NCBI GenBank assembly: GCA_963666345.1
Contig: OY762721.1
Location: 288,001-352,000 of the forward strand
DNA: 64,000 nt
Direction: 5' to 3'
From: Desulfatiglandales bacterium
GTDB taxonomy: Bacteria > Desulfobacterota > DSM-4660 > Desulfatiglandales > Desulfatiglandaceae
A program made the position numbers and the translations under genes. Below, piece by piece: positions 31,314-41,747 of this stretch. Numbering within the stretch: the stretch's first letter is position 1; every line of letters begins with the position of its first letter. Under the pieces are notes generated by a model, which was not told where the DNA came from, ran no database searches, and saw nothing but the letters and a program-made list of their open reading frames with translations.

Positions 31314-31961
31314 TCAGATTTTTATCAGGTTTTTTCTGATTGCGATCTTTGTAAGCTCTATGATTGATCCTACGTTCATCTTTTCCATGATATTATATTT
31401 GTGGGATTCAACGGTCTTACTCGAGATACAGAGCTTCTCGCTGATATCCTTAATCGCAAGACCTTCGGCCAGGAGGAGGAAAACCTCCCTCTCTCTTATG
31501 CTGAGGCTCTCCAGCAGATCCTTCTTCCCCTCGGCAAGTTCCCTGATATGGTCCTGCAGGATCGCATGGACCTTTTCACTTAAATAGACACCTCCATGCA
31601 TCGCGGCCTTTATGGCAAAGATGAGTTCCGTCATGGGGTCTTCCTTGAGCACGTACGAACTGATACCGGTCTGAAACAGATCGATTACGTACTCCCGGTC
31701 CGAATGCATGGTAAAGACGATTATACGGATATTAGGTTCGATCTTTTTTATCTGCATGGCAATCGCAATGCCGTTCATATCAGGCATGGATATATCGGTT
31801 ATAACGATATCCGGTCTAAGCGACCTTACATACATCATCGCCTGCACACCGCTTGTGGCCTCTCCCACCACCTGGAATTGAGTCTCGCCACTCAATGCGG
31901 CCTTTATTCCTTCAATTACCACCCTGTGATCATCGGCAATTAAGACCTTTTTCCCGCCCAA
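31314..31961 (-). CDS. NarL/FixJ-family response regulator (REC-LuxR HTH)
   Basis: LIADDH, ITDISMP, LSIREREVFLLLAEG...ISSKTVESHKYNIMEK. Confidence 0.95.
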   Translation of the reverse strand: MGGKKVLIADDHRVVIEGIKAALSGETQFQVVGEATSGVQAMMYVRSLRPDIVITDISMPDMNGIAIAMQIKKIEPNIRIIVFTMHSDREYVIDLFQTGISSYVLKEDPMTELIFAIKAAMHGGVYLSEKVHAILQDHIRELAEGKKDLLESLSIREREVFLLLAEGLAIKDISEKLCISSKTVESHKYNIMEKMNVGSIIELTKIAIRKNLIKI

Positions 31962-32070
31962 TTCACCTTCCCTCCGCCATGACTCGTTACAAAACAGACG
32001 ATACCTGCGCTTTTGACAATGCTTTCCCCCAACCGGACGTCCTTTCGCCGGTAAAAAAGATCACACCTCT

Positions 32071-33567
32071 TTATACCGGGATCTCCGCCCAAAGGTGCGT
32101 GCCTTTCCCGAGGCTCGATTCCACGGAAAATCTGCCCGAAAGCTGCACCGCCCTTTCCTCCATTATCAAAAGCCCCAATGTTTTTTTACCATCGGCCCCG
32201 GCACCCTTGTCCTCTTCAAGTTCAAAACCATTCCCGTTATCCTCTACACTGGTCAGGATATAATTGTCTTTTCTGATCAGATTTACAAAGACTTCATCTG
32301 CTCCGGAATGCTTCATTACATTGTTAAGCGCCTCCTGGGTAATACGGTAAACGGCCAGTTCACTTTCAGGATCAATCATCTTGGGGATATTTTTGGTAAA
32401 GAAACGTACATTCACCGACCCCCGGCGCCTCATTGCGTCGCACAATTCATTAACCGCCGGAACAAGGCCCAAATCGTCCAGCAGCCTGGGCCTGAGGCCC
32501 GCGGCGATCTCCTTTATATCCCTTATGGTATGTAATGCCTTTTCCATCGCAGACTCGGTCCGTATTCGCAAGGGGGTCTTTTCAATACCGATGTCTTCAA
32601 GGATCATCTCAAGGTCCATCTTCAGGGTGGTCACGGACTGACCTATCTGATCGTGGAGTTCCATGGCCACGAGCTGTCGGTCTTTCTCAAGCAGATTTAT
32701 AAGGTCCCTGGACAATTGCTTCCTTTTCATATGTTCCTTAAACAATATCTCATTTGAGCAATGAAGGGCCTTTTCCGCCTGTTTCTGACCCGTTATGTCC
32801 CGCGAAAAAAGCGCCACCCGTGCCACATCGCCCTCGGCGTCGAATATGGGATAGAGCTGGTTGTCAAATACCCTGCCGTCATTATTATTAACGAACCTGG
32901 AAGACATCTTTGCGGTAAGCACGGCTTCAAACATTACTTTTGCTGAGGAACCTAAAACGGGAAAAAGGTTTTCATCGGCACAAAGACCTATAAGTTCTTC
33001 GGAAGGCCTTCCCAAGGATTGCGCCCATGTCCTGTTTATTGAAAGTATATTTTTCCGGCGATCCAACAGGGCCGCCTTTTCATTGGTCGCGTTTAACAGG
33101 GCCCTGGCCGTTTCCTCGCTCTGTCTCAGGGCCTCACCCGCGATCTTCTCCTCTGTGATATCAACTATGACGGCCTCTATGTACCCCTTATCCGGATATA
33201 TCCTCCCGGTATAACGGACCCAGATTATGGTATTGTCTCTTCGTGTAAGCCTTGCCTCTACATTTTTTATCTCGCCTGTCCTCAGCGCCTTTCCAACCAT
33301 CCGTTCTCTTGCGCCCGTTTCAAGATAGTGCTCTGAGAAGATATACTCCGTCAGGAGCTCTTTCCTGCTGTCATAGCCGAGCATCTCCGCCAGCCTGTAA
33401 TTGGCCTCGAGTATCCTTCCATGATCAATCGTGGTCCTCAGAAAACCTACCTGGGCATTATTGAAGAAATTCCTGAACATCTCTTCACGGCGCTCATCCG
33501 TCTTTCTTTTCCCCGCCCCCTTTTTACTTCTTGAGACCATATATTTTCCCTCTGGCCCATATGGCAA
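32071..33567 (-). CDS. Cytoplasmic PAS-PAS histidine kinase (HisKA_3/NarX-type)
   Basis: AMELHDQIGQ H-box; QEALNNVMKHS; EDNGNGF; LGLLIMEERA. Start codon uncertain. Confidence 0.9.
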   Translation of the reverse strand: MPYGPEGKYMVSRSKKGAGKRKTDERREEMFRNFFNNAQVGFLRTTIDHGRILEANYRLAEMLGYDSRKELLTEYIFSEHYLETGARERMVGKALRTGEIKNVEARLTRRDNTIIWVRYTGRIYPDKGYIEAVIVDITEEKIAGEALRQSEETARALLNATNEKAALLDRRKNILSINRTWAQSLGRPSEELIGLCADENLFPVLGSSAKVMFEAVLTAKMSSRFVNNNDGRVFDNQLYPIFDAEGDVARVALFSRDITGQKQAEKALHCSNEILFKEHMKRKQLSRDLINLLEKDRQLVAMELHDQIGQSVTTLKMDLEMILEDIGIEKTPLRIRTESAMEKALHTIRDIKEIAAGLRPRLLDDLGLVPAVNELCDAMRRRGSVNVRFFTKNIPKMIDPESELAVYRITQEALNNVMKHSGADEVFVNLIRKDNYILTSVEDNGNGFELEEDKGAGADGKKTLGLLIMEERAVQLSGRFSVESSLGKGTHLWAEIPV

Positions 33568-33740
33568 TATCTCGCTCGAAGATTATCCCGGCGTCCAACC
33601 CTGAATGGGTTTCAGGATCGGGTGCTCAGATGTCGGCATTCAGGTTTAAGCTAATTGATTTGTTTCTTAACCGCCTTTGCAGGCAGCCTGCCCCGGCTGA
33701 CGATAGTGCCGACCGCAACAATGGCCTTCCAGGATATACG

Positions 33741-34640
33741 CTATTTCAGTATCTCATTCATCGCAAAAAACAGATCCTGCTCCCTTATCAGACCGACCAG
33801 TCTGTCCGCCTTAAACACCGCCAGACGCCGCACATTTTTGCATACCATGAGATATGCCGCTTCCATAAGATTGGAGTCCCCGGCTATCCCAAGGGGCGGG
33901 GGAGACATAATCTCCGTTATCTTCTTTTTTCCAAGCTCCTTTACCTGGATAGAGAACATACCCTTCCAGAACATTGGAGAATATTGGATGGAATCCGCCA
34001 TGGAAGGTTTAGGCGCGCTCAGGTAGGCCGGCATGATTGCTTCAAGCAGGTCCCTTATCGCCAGGATACCCTTCAGGTTCCCGTCCTTGTTTAATACCAG
34101 TATCGATCTGTGGCCGGTCTCCATTATCTTACTTGTAGACATCTTGGAGGCAAAGGACTCCCTCAACCTGACAAGCGCGTCCAGGACCGTTTTATCCTCA
34201 TCCAGGCTGGTATATTCCTCCAAGGGTATCATGGCGTTTAGGATGTTCTGTTCCTTCATCGATCCCTTTTTAAAGCCAAGCCTGTAGGCCTCTGAAATCT
34301 TTGTTGCAAGAAGCTCCATGTCACAGGGCTTTGAAAGATAATCAAAGGCACCCTGGGCAAGGGCCTCCTTTGCCGAAGACTCTGCGCCATGACCCGTGAG
34401 CATGATAACCGGAACCTCCGGCGATCTCTTTTTGATCTTTTCAAGTGCCTCATGCCCATCCATCCCGGGCATCTTTATATCCATTATTATGACGTTGGCC
34501 CCTTCCTTCAATTTTTCAAGCGCCTGCTCCGCGCTACCGGCCAGGATCGTCTCGAATCCTCTTCTATTAAGGAGTTTTTTGGTGGTTTCTCGAAACTGTT
34601 CCTCATCATCCACCATGAGTACCCTTATTTTTTCGTTCAT
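33741..34640 (-). CDS. Response regulator with C-terminal CBS pair
   Basis: REC (MVDDE, MDIKMP, LTGHG, KP), then CBS-like GHRSILVLNKDGNLKGIL and VRRLAVFKADRLVGLIREQD. Confidence 0.88.
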   Translation of the reverse strand: MNEKIRVLMVDDEEQFRETTKKLLNRRGFETILAGSAEQALEKLKEGANVIIMDIKMPGMDGHEALEKIKKRSPEVPVIMLTGHGAESSAKEALAQGAFDYLSKPCDMELLATKISEAYRLGFKKGSMKEQNILNAMIPLEEYTSLDEDKTVLDALVRLRESFASKMSTSKIMETGHRSILVLNKDGNLKGILAIRDLLEAIMPAYLSAPKPSMADSIQYSPMFWKGMFSIQVKELGKKKITEIMSPPPLGIAGDSNLMEAAYLMVCKNVRRLAVFKADRLVGLIREQDLFFAMNEILK

Positions 34641-34680
34641 CCTTACGGCCTCCTTTTTCTTTATGCGACTTAAAGACTTG

Positions 34681-35220
34681 CTATTGAATCATAAGCGGTT
34701 TGAACAACTGAATAAACAGAAGCATTATCGTCGCTGCGGCAAAGACATGCAGCGCCGCCTTCAGGCCTCCTATCCCCCCCTGCCTTGCCATACCGACACC
34801 AACCAGACAAAACTTCCAGACCCCGGTTATCATGGCAATCCCTGGAATCCAGGAAAAAAGCAACGTCACGCTGGCATAGGCGGTTATCGAAAAAATTCCG
34901 CTGAATGTATAAACCCCTCGATGGCTCAGCAGGGACAAAAGATAGAGGATAGAGGCCAGAATAAAAGGGGTGACAAAGGCATTTAAAAAGAAAACAAGAC
35001 CAAAGATCAACCTGCTTTCCGCCACAAAGAGACTCGCGGCCATGGCGTAGACAAGGCTCATTGAAAAGAGGAATACAAGGGAAGATCCGTATCCCCCTGT
35101 TGAATCCGGGCTTTCAAAGAAATCTCCCGGTGCCATCAGCAGCCTGGGTATGAACCGGACAAACCGAACGTATCCGTAAGTGCGCTTATCTCCATGATCC
35201 GCATACATAGCCGTTTCCAT
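34681..35220 (-). CDS. YIP1-like multi-pass membrane protein
   Basis: RLLMAPGDFF N-terminal motif and about five hydrophobic helices; SD AGGGAGG. Confidence 0.65.
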   Translation of the reverse strand: METAMYADHGDKRTYGYVRFVRFIPRLLMAPGDFFESPDSTGGYGSSLVFLFSMSLVYAMAASLFVAESRLIFGLVFFLNAFVTPFILASILYLLSLLSHRGVYTFSGIFSITAYASVTLLFSWIPGIAMITGVWKFCLVGVGMARQGGIGGLKAALHVFAAATIMLLFIQLFKPLMIQ

Positions 35221-35282
35221 TTCTTAAGGGCCTCCCTGTGTTATTTGCCTTCACACCATTTAATACGACCTGTCTAATCCGC

Positions 35283-37139
35283 CTAATATGCCGGAAGGCC
35301 GCTCCATCCCAGCCATCTCCAGTATGTTGAGGCAATCAGGGTCAATACCGCCATGTTGGTCAACCACAATATAACACCCACCCTCAGATAGTCTTTTGAT
35401 TCCAGATAACCGCTGGCATAGACAATGGCATTCGGTGGCGTTCCGATGACAAGGCAGTAGGCAAATGAAGACGCAATCGCAGTACCCATTGCCATGAACG
35501 GGATCATTGACGTGCCTGGGTGAACGATACCTGCCATTGCCAGAGTTACCGGACCTACTGCGGCGCAGGCAGGCCCGTCGGCCATGAGTTGGGTCAAAAG
35601 GCCCGTGATCACATTGCCTGTAAGCAAAAGCCCCAGGCCCTCTCCCAGGCCCAGGGGTACGGTCAATTCCACCAGAGAGCGTGCAATCCAGTAAGCCCCT
35701 CCGGTCTTTACAAGCACACGGCCGAAAATAATCGCGCCTGCATAGAGCCACACGACTCCCCAATCGACCTTTGTCTGGTAATCCCGCCAGTTGACAACAC
35801 CCGCAAGCACATAGGCAATGGCACCCATAACGGCGATTACGCCTATACCGAAGCGTATACCTGTCAGTTTCAGGATAAGATTCTTTTCGGTAACCCAGCA
35901 AAAGAGCATTACCACAAAGATGGCTACCGCAATCTTCTGCTCTCTGGTCCACTTGCCGCCTACCCGGTTGACCTCCTCCTTGACCACTGCCAGGGCATCG
36001 CCAAGGCTTCTGATACGCGGCTTGAAACGCCAGTTGATAACGAACCAGGTGATCGGGACTACGAACAGCAGGAGGGGCATACAATAGAGGCACCACTCCC
36101 CGAATCCCATTGAGATACCGAACATATCCTCGGCATAACTCATCATTATTATATTTCTGGCCGCCCCTGACGGTGACAGGGAGCCTCCTAGGTTACAGGC
36201 CATGGCAATGGTAATCATGAGCATCTTTGCCAGTTCCGGGTCATCACGGCCGTAAGCGGCAGTCGATGTCGTGTAAAGTAATATACCTATGGGCAGGAAC
36301 ATCGCGGCCAGCGCATGATCCGACATGAACATGGTCAGGGGGGATATGACAATTATTATGATAAGTGTGATGCGCTTGATATCGGGGTTCTTCATTTTTC
36401 CGAACATCATCATACTGATGCGTTTGTCCACACCTGTCTTGACAAAGGCGGTTGCAAACATGAGGCTGCCCATGATAAACCATGTGGCATCCGACCAGTA
36501 TAGCCCCGCAATGGTCTTTCTTGTAACTATCCCGCTCAGCATGGCTATGATACCGATACAGAAGGCAACCATCGGAAGGGGCATGGCCTCGGATACGAAA
36601 CATAACACCACGAATAATACTATGCCCACCGCCACCTTTACATGGAAGCCTGCCTTATAGGCCTTTTCCTTTTCTTTCTCCTTGAGGCCGTCGATGCCAA
36701 GATCGGTTGTCCTCAATTCATAGCCTTTTTTCATGAGCCCTTGAAATCTCTCCGGCCCTATCTCCTTTGCAAAGCTGTAAACCTTTTCAAGGTGCGCCCT
36801 TGTACAGGGTATTTCGTTGGTTTTGCACCATTTCGGATTTCTTTTTAAAAATGAGTTATATTCAAAGGCGGATTTCTGGACGCTTATCTCCATCATCCTG
36901 ACCATCTGGATCTGCCACTGAGAAATATCATCGGTTGATTTTTCAAAGAGTTCTTCGGCAAAGAACTCCTGAACATACTTGGGGCCCATTACATATTCCA
37001 CTCCCACATCCAGCATGCTCTTGGGGGTCGGAATCATGAGTAGAATAATCAACAATCCCAAAGGTATTGAGAAGAGCCTCCAGTTTATATACTTGTCATA
37101 ACCTGTAGCCTTCTCCTTTTTATTGACTCCTGTCATCAT
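35283..37139 (-). CDS. SLC13/DASS-family anion:sodium symporter with N-terminal soluble insertion
   Basis: SEAMPL, KTGVDKR, FMSDHA, ACNLGGSLSPSGAARN, VDWGVVWLYAGAI, IGTPPNAIVYASG. Confidence 0.9.
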   Translation of the reverse strand: MMTGVNKKEKATGYDKYINWRLFSIPLGLLIILLMIPTPKSMLDVGVEYVMGPKYVQEFFAEELFEKSTDDISQWQIQMVRMMEISVQKSAFEYNSFLKRNPKWCKTNEIPCTRAHLEKVYSFAKEIGPERFQGLMKKGYELRTTDLGIDGLKEKEKEKAYKAGFHVKVAVGIVLFVVLCFVSEAMPLPMVAFCIGIIAMLSGIVTRKTIAGLYWSDATWFIMGSLMFATAFVKTGVDKRISMMMFGKMKNPDIKRITLIIIIVISPLTMFMSDHALAAMFLPIGILLYTTSTAAYGRDDPELAKMLMITIAMACNLGGSLSPSGAARNIIMMSYAEDMFGISMGFGEWCLYCMPLLLFVVPITWFVINWRFKPRIRSLGDALAVVKEEVNRVGGKWTREQKIAVAIFVVMLFCWVTEKNLILKLTGIRFGIGVIAVMGAIAYVLAGVVNWRDYQTKVDWGVVWLYAGAIIFGRVLVKTGGAYWIARSLVELTVPLGLGEGLGLLLTGNVITGLLTQLMADGPACAAVGPVTLAMAGIVHPGTSMIPFMAMGTAIASSFAYCLVIGTPPNAIVYASGYLESKDYLRVGVILWLTNMAVLTLIASTYWRWLGWSGLPAY

Positions 37140-37375
37140 TTCCTCCGCTTATTGAATCTCTGCCGTCACGAGTAACAAGAAAATACAGATATCGTGCAAA
37201 ATATTCCGAAAGACAGGCCGGTAAAGATACAAAGCCGTCATTCTCCCAACAGTTGCGTAATTCCGTAAAGCAGGAACATTGCTATGGTGGCATAGAAAAA
37301 AAACCTCCTTTCAAACTCTTTCGTATATCTGAAGACCCCTTTTCTGGCAGTCGAACCGCATTGTTTTTTCATATC

Positions 37376-37840
37376 CTATTCTCCGTCCGGCTCCCCGGCC
37401 TTTTTGATAATTTCTCTCGGTGATTTCATAAAACTCCTTGTCTGTGCCATTCTTATCTTTCTTTCCAGCAACTGACGTTTTTCAAAGGCCTCTTCAGCCT
37501 TTGTTATAAGTTCATCTATGTCGGCAGGTTTTGTGAGATAATCGGTAGCCCCTGATTTCAGGCCGTCAACCGCAGATTCGACAGTACCGTGACCGGTAAG
37601 CATTATCACCTCAACCAGCGGAAACAACCGTTTGATCTCCTTCAAGGTGGTTATCCCGTCCATACCGGGCATCTTGACGTCCAGGATAACCACATGAATC
37701 GAACGCTTGTTAAGGTTCTCAAGCGCATCGGCACCGCTCACTGCCGTCAGGACGTCATAGCCCTTTTTCTTCAGCAATTTTTCCGTCGTAATCAGGAATC
37801 GTTCCTCATCATCAACCAGCATCATCTTCATATTTTCCAT
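37376..37840 (-). CDS. Response regulator (REC plus short tail, no DNA-binding domain)
   Basis: LVDDE, ILDVKMP, LTGHG, TKP. Confidence 0.9.
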   Translation of the reverse strand: MENMKMMLVDDEERFLITTEKLLKKKGYDVLTAVSGADALENLNKRSIHVVILDVKMPGMDGITTLKEIKRLFPLVEVIMLTGHGTVESAVDGLKSGATDYLTKPADIDELITKAEEAFEKRQLLERKIRMAQTRSFMKSPREIIKKAGEPDGE

Positions 37841-37884
37841 CCCCTTTTCCCCCTGCTCGCCTTTATCTATTTGTGTAAGACAGG

Positions 37885-39579
37885 TTATTGCGCTTTACCC
37901 GGAAGCCTTATCAAGAATGTAGTGCCATGCCCTTTCCTGCTTGAGACCTCCATGACACCTCCCATATTATCTACAATGCCGTAACATACCGAAAGGCCCA
38001 GGCCTGTTCCCTTACCCACCGGCTTTGTCGTAAAAAAGGGCGTAAATATCCTTTTCCGGTTTTCATCACTTATGCCGGTGCCATTGTCGCTCAGAGATAT
38101 CTCGACCTCTTCATTATCCTTGATGGCGGCGCCGAGCCTGATCTGACCGCCTGATGAACCGTGCCTTTCCATGACTGCGTCAATGGCATTGTTGAAAAGA
38201 TTTACCATAACCTGCTGCAACTGAGCGGGGTCGCCCTTTATACATGGAAGTCGGCCAGCCAAGTCCTGACTGATTTCTATTCCGTGCACACTGGCCTTTT
38301 TTGAGATCATAGAGATTACTTCAGGCAGAAAGACACCGAGATCAAGATCTTCGTATGTCGGCTCGGCATGCCTGCCGAACTTCAATATACTCTGGGTGAT
38401 CTCTGCGCAGCGGTTCACCTGCAGATCGATCTGACTTAATGAATCATCCAGTTCCTTGAAAGAATCGGCCGGTTCCGAACAGCCGGACTCCTTAATCTCC
38501 GAAACAAGGATCTCAATCAAGGAATATTCACTTTTTATTATCTGAAGGGGATTATTGATTTCATGGGCAAAGCCCGCCGCCATCTCGCCCAGTTCTGCCA
38601 GCCTGCTCGCCCTGATTAACTGCTCCCCCAGCTGTTCTTTCTCCGAGTCGATCCGCTCCATGCGTCTTATGACTCTGCTGCTCAGATAAAAGGCAACGCC
38701 CAGGATGGCGCCTCCGAATATTAGGGTAATCAACACGGTCGGATAAACTGCCGCGTTGAGGGCACTGAAGGCATCCGCCTTTTCCTGCCTGACAACAAGG
38801 AGCCACCTTTTTTGTTTCATCCATGTAGTAGCATAAAGGTGATCGGTTCCTTCCTCATCCCTGCTCAAATAGGTATTTATGGCATTTTCGCTTGAGGGGT
38901 ACCTGATCTTATCCGAAATTTTCTCCATCAGCTCACCGGCCGAGCGTCGATCGGTCTGGAGTACGCCTTCTTTGTTTACGATATAGGCCTCTCCGGTCTT
39001 ACCCACACGAACCCTTTTGACCAGGTTATTGAATGTGAGCGTGTCTATGGTAGCCCTTATGATCCATGTCTCGGAATTGTAAGATCTCCTTATGGCGATT
39101 ATAAAGTGCGGCACACCCCGGTAACCCAGGAAGACATCACTTATGTAATAACCCCGCCTCATCACCTCCTTGAACCAGTCGGCCGATGCATATACCTTTC
39201 CCGTCAGCATGCTTTCGTAGGGGCCTTTGTAGGAAATATGAACGCCCGCCTCGTCAAATATGCCCAGGTCGACAAAGGCCCTGGAAGTCATCTCCAGATT
39301 ATAGAAGATTTGATTCAGTTCCTCCGGGTTCTTCAGGGTTTCATAATCGTATGAATCTCCGACAAACTCTAAATCGGCCCTTCTCTCATCGAGAAAGGAG
39401 GTGATCATCTGTCTGTGATCTTCGACGATTCGCTTGAGATTTGAAATGGTGCCGGTTTCCAGGGAAGAGGTGAAATAGTAGTATCCTATGCCCAATATCG
39501 TTATAAAAGGGACAAGAGGCACCAGGATCATACTGAGAAGGATGGTCCTCTTTAGTGCTCTGTAATATCTATTTTCCAT
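37885..39579 (-). CDS. Membrane sensor histidine kinase (Cache-like periplasmic domain)
   Basis: Two TM segments; [46 protein letters not shown]. Confidence 0.92.
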   Translation of the reverse strand: MENRYYRALKRTILLSMILVPLVPFITILGIGYYYFTSSLETGTISNLKRIVEDHRQMITSFLDERRADLEFVGDSYDYETLKNPEELNQIFYNLEMTSRAFVDLGIFDEAGVHISYKGPYESMLTGKVYASADWFKEVMRRGYYISDVFLGYRGVPHFIIAIRRSYNSETWIIRATIDTLTFNNLVKRVRVGKTGEAYIVNKEGVLQTDRRSAGELMEKISDKIRYPSSENAINTYLSRDEEGTDHLYATTWMKQKRWLLVVRQEKADAFSALNAAVYPTVLITLIFGGAILGVAFYLSSRVIRRMERIDSEKEQLGEQLIRASRLAELGEMAAGFAHEINNPLQIIKSEYSLIEILVSEIKESGCSEPADSFKELDDSLSQIDLQVNRCAEITQSILKFGRHAEPTYEDLDLGVFLPEVISMISKKASVHGIEISQDLAGRLPCIKGDPAQLQQVMVNLFNNAIDAVMERHGSSGGQIRLGAAIKDNEEVEISLSDNGTGISDENRKRIFTPFFTTKPVGKGTGLGLSVCYGIVDNMGGVMEVSSRKGHGTTFLIRLPGKAQ

Positions 39580-39931
39580 TTTTCAATGACCGGAAAGGGA
39601 ACTTCCTGTTCTCAATATTGCATGCACATCTCTTTGCGCTTTTTTGAGATATCTATTGTCTGAACAGGCAGACGGCAGGGCAATTGTCTTTAGAGCTTTT
39701 TGATTCATTGCCGCCCTAAACCGATTTGTTCTGAAATTCTGGACAATTTTAGGAAAATGCATATTTTAACCAGGACCCCCGAAACAGATTGAATAGGAAG
39801 AAGAACTGTAGAAAGAAAAAGCAATTTGGAAAAAATGCAATCAGAATCAGAGACAACAATCGATTCAACATCAGCTCAGGAAAATTTTGGGGTCCTGGTT
39901 GTTAAGCAGCTGAGAGGCTTTATCAACTAAA

Positions 39932-39949
39932 ATGCAACCTCCATACCAA
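39932..39949 (-). promoter_or_regulatory. Sigma-54 (-24/-12) promoter for the kinase/DASS operon
   Basis: Minus strand TTGGTATGGAGGTTGCAT (GG-N10-GC). An AT-rich stretch and a TGT-N11-ACA box (40047-40063) lie upstream. Confidence 0.65.
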
Positions 39950-40325
39950 AAAAGCATTCCTTTTCTTATTTGGCATATATGGTTGATTTTAATGCTTTAT
40001 TTATTTTTTTAAAAGACGTAATCAAAAAGGATAACCGCACATTTTGTGTCAATAATTTTTACAATATGTAAAGCAGGTTTCAAGGCCATTTTCCACCTAA
40101 ACCATTGCACGCGCAGAACTCCGATTTGCTCCTGTTCAGGAACCCAAACAAACGGCGCTCATTAATTTCAGACGCCGGGACATATTTTGACGTATTGGAA
40201 TTGAAGTTACCCCTTATCCGTGTTAAGCATATGCCCTGAACTTTGGATACTTGGCCCCTCTTCTCCGATCTGAACCGGAGAAGGACCATTTTTGTTAACT
40301 GAATGAATCAAATATTGACGATGAT

Positions 40326-41747
40326 ATGAAATCCTTTAACAAAACGATGTTTTATCCGCTCTGGAACCTTCTGCGGTCCGTCAAACTTACCATTCTGCTG
40401 CTGATCATCCTGGCCGCCTCATCCATTATTGGAACCGTTATCCCTCAAAGAGGTCAGGGTGCCATGGAGTTTGCAAGGGAACTGAGCCCCGAGGCATTCA
40501 GGTTGTTAAGCAACCTCGGCCTTTTTGATATGTATCACGCCCTCTGGTTCAGGCTGATCCTCATATCCCTTGTATTGAATCTCATTGTATGCTCCATAGA
40601 CCGGTTTCCATCCTCATGGAGGTTGTTCAAGACAAGCCCCGACCCTGACAGGAAGGCCCCGTTCAAGGATATTCCCCCTGAGCAGAGCTTTATTGTCAAC
40701 AGCAATGAGGTCAAAGACACCGACATTGTGAAATCATTGATAAAGGCCCGTTTCAGGAAATTTCAGGACATCAAAAGGGACGGTGATTATGTCATTTCCG
40801 CTGAAAAAGGCCGCTATTCCTACTTCGGGGTTTATCTGGTTCATTTGAGCGTCCTGGCCATCCTTTTGGGAGGTATGACAGGCTCCTTTTTGGGATTCGA
40901 GGCATATGTGAACATACTGGAAGGCACCCAGGTAGACACGGTAACGCTCAAAAAGGAGCGCAGCCCCCTGAAGCTTGGCTTCAAGGTGGGTTGCGAAAAA
41001 TTCCATGTTGATTTCTATGAAAACGGCGCACCAAAGGAATACAGAGCAGAGCTCAGATTCATAACCGGGAAAAATGAAATAGAAGACAGGATCGTCAAGG
41101 TCAACCATCCGGTAAAATTCGGTGGGGTTACATTTTATCAGGCCAGCTACGGCAAGGTACCTTCCGGGAATGTGATGCTGAGCATATTGAACTCCGAGAG
41201 CAGGGAAGAGATTCTTCAGATCAATACCGAGATGACAAAAACCAATTCACTGCCCCTGAAAGAAGGGACATTTCAGGTAGTGGATATAAGAACGGATTTC
41301 ATGCATACAGGGCCTGCAGCCTTGATATCTATTACCCCCGATAAAGGCGTAAAGACCAAATTCTGGATTTTTCATTCCCCTGAAAAGATGAAAGAGGCCT
41401 TACCCTCACCCATGCTTCTTTCAAAAAGATTCAATGCCTCGGCTTTCGCTCCCTATACCTTTGTCCTTAAATCGGTCGAGAGCAGATATTATACAGGCCT
41501 TCAGGCAAACAAAGACCCTGGAGTACCGGTTGTGTGGGCTGGCTGTGTCATCATGCTTGCCGGATTTTTCATAACCTATTTCACCTCTCACAGAAGGATC
41601 TGGGTAAGTGTCAAAAGGGACGATAACGGCACACTCATAAGGGTTGCGGGAAGATCCAATAAGAATCCGGTGGGACTGGGAAGAGAAATCACTCAATTCA
41701 CGACAAACCTGAAAGAAAATCTAGACGCCAAGGAACACAGACAATGA
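40326..41747 (+). CDS. resB: Cytochrome c biogenesis protein ResB/Ccs1 (system II)
   Basis: SVKLTILLLIILAASSIIGTVIPQ, LGLFDMYHALWF, CSIDR, VHLS, VNHP, FYQASY, DPGVPVVWAG. Confidence 0.93.
   Translation: MKSFNKTMFYPLWNLLRSVKLTILLLIILAASSIIGTVIPQRGQGAMEFARELSPEAFRLLSNLGLFDMYHALWFRLILISLVLNLIVCSIDRFPSSWRLFKTSPDPDRKAPFKDIPPEQSFIVNSNEVKDTDIVKSLIKARFRKFQDIKRDGDYVISAEKGRYSYFGVYLVHLSVLAILLGGMTGSFLGFEAYVNILEGTQVDTVTLKKERSPLKLGFKVGCEKFHVDFYENGAPKEYRAELRFITGKNEIEDRIVKVNHPVKFGGVTFYQASYGKVPSGNVMLSILNSESREEILQINTEMTKTNSLPLKEGTFQVVDIRTDFMHTGPAALISITPDKGVKTKFWIFHSPEKMKEALPSPMLLSKRFNASAFAPYTFVLKSVESRYYTGLQANKDPGVPVVWAGCVIMLAGFFITYFTSHRRIWVSVKRDDNGTLIRVAGRSNKNPVGLGREITQFTTNLKENLDAKEHRQ

Noticed and set aside
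10792..36096. Long shadow ORFs such as 10792..11631(-), 17752..18645(+) and 35260..36096(-)
   Set aside because: They overlap well-supported genes in antisense or alternative frames and show no motifs.
37183..37199. Sigma-54-like TTGCACGATATCTGTA (minus strand) before the DASS gene
   Set aside because: Both invariant dinucleotides are mismatched.
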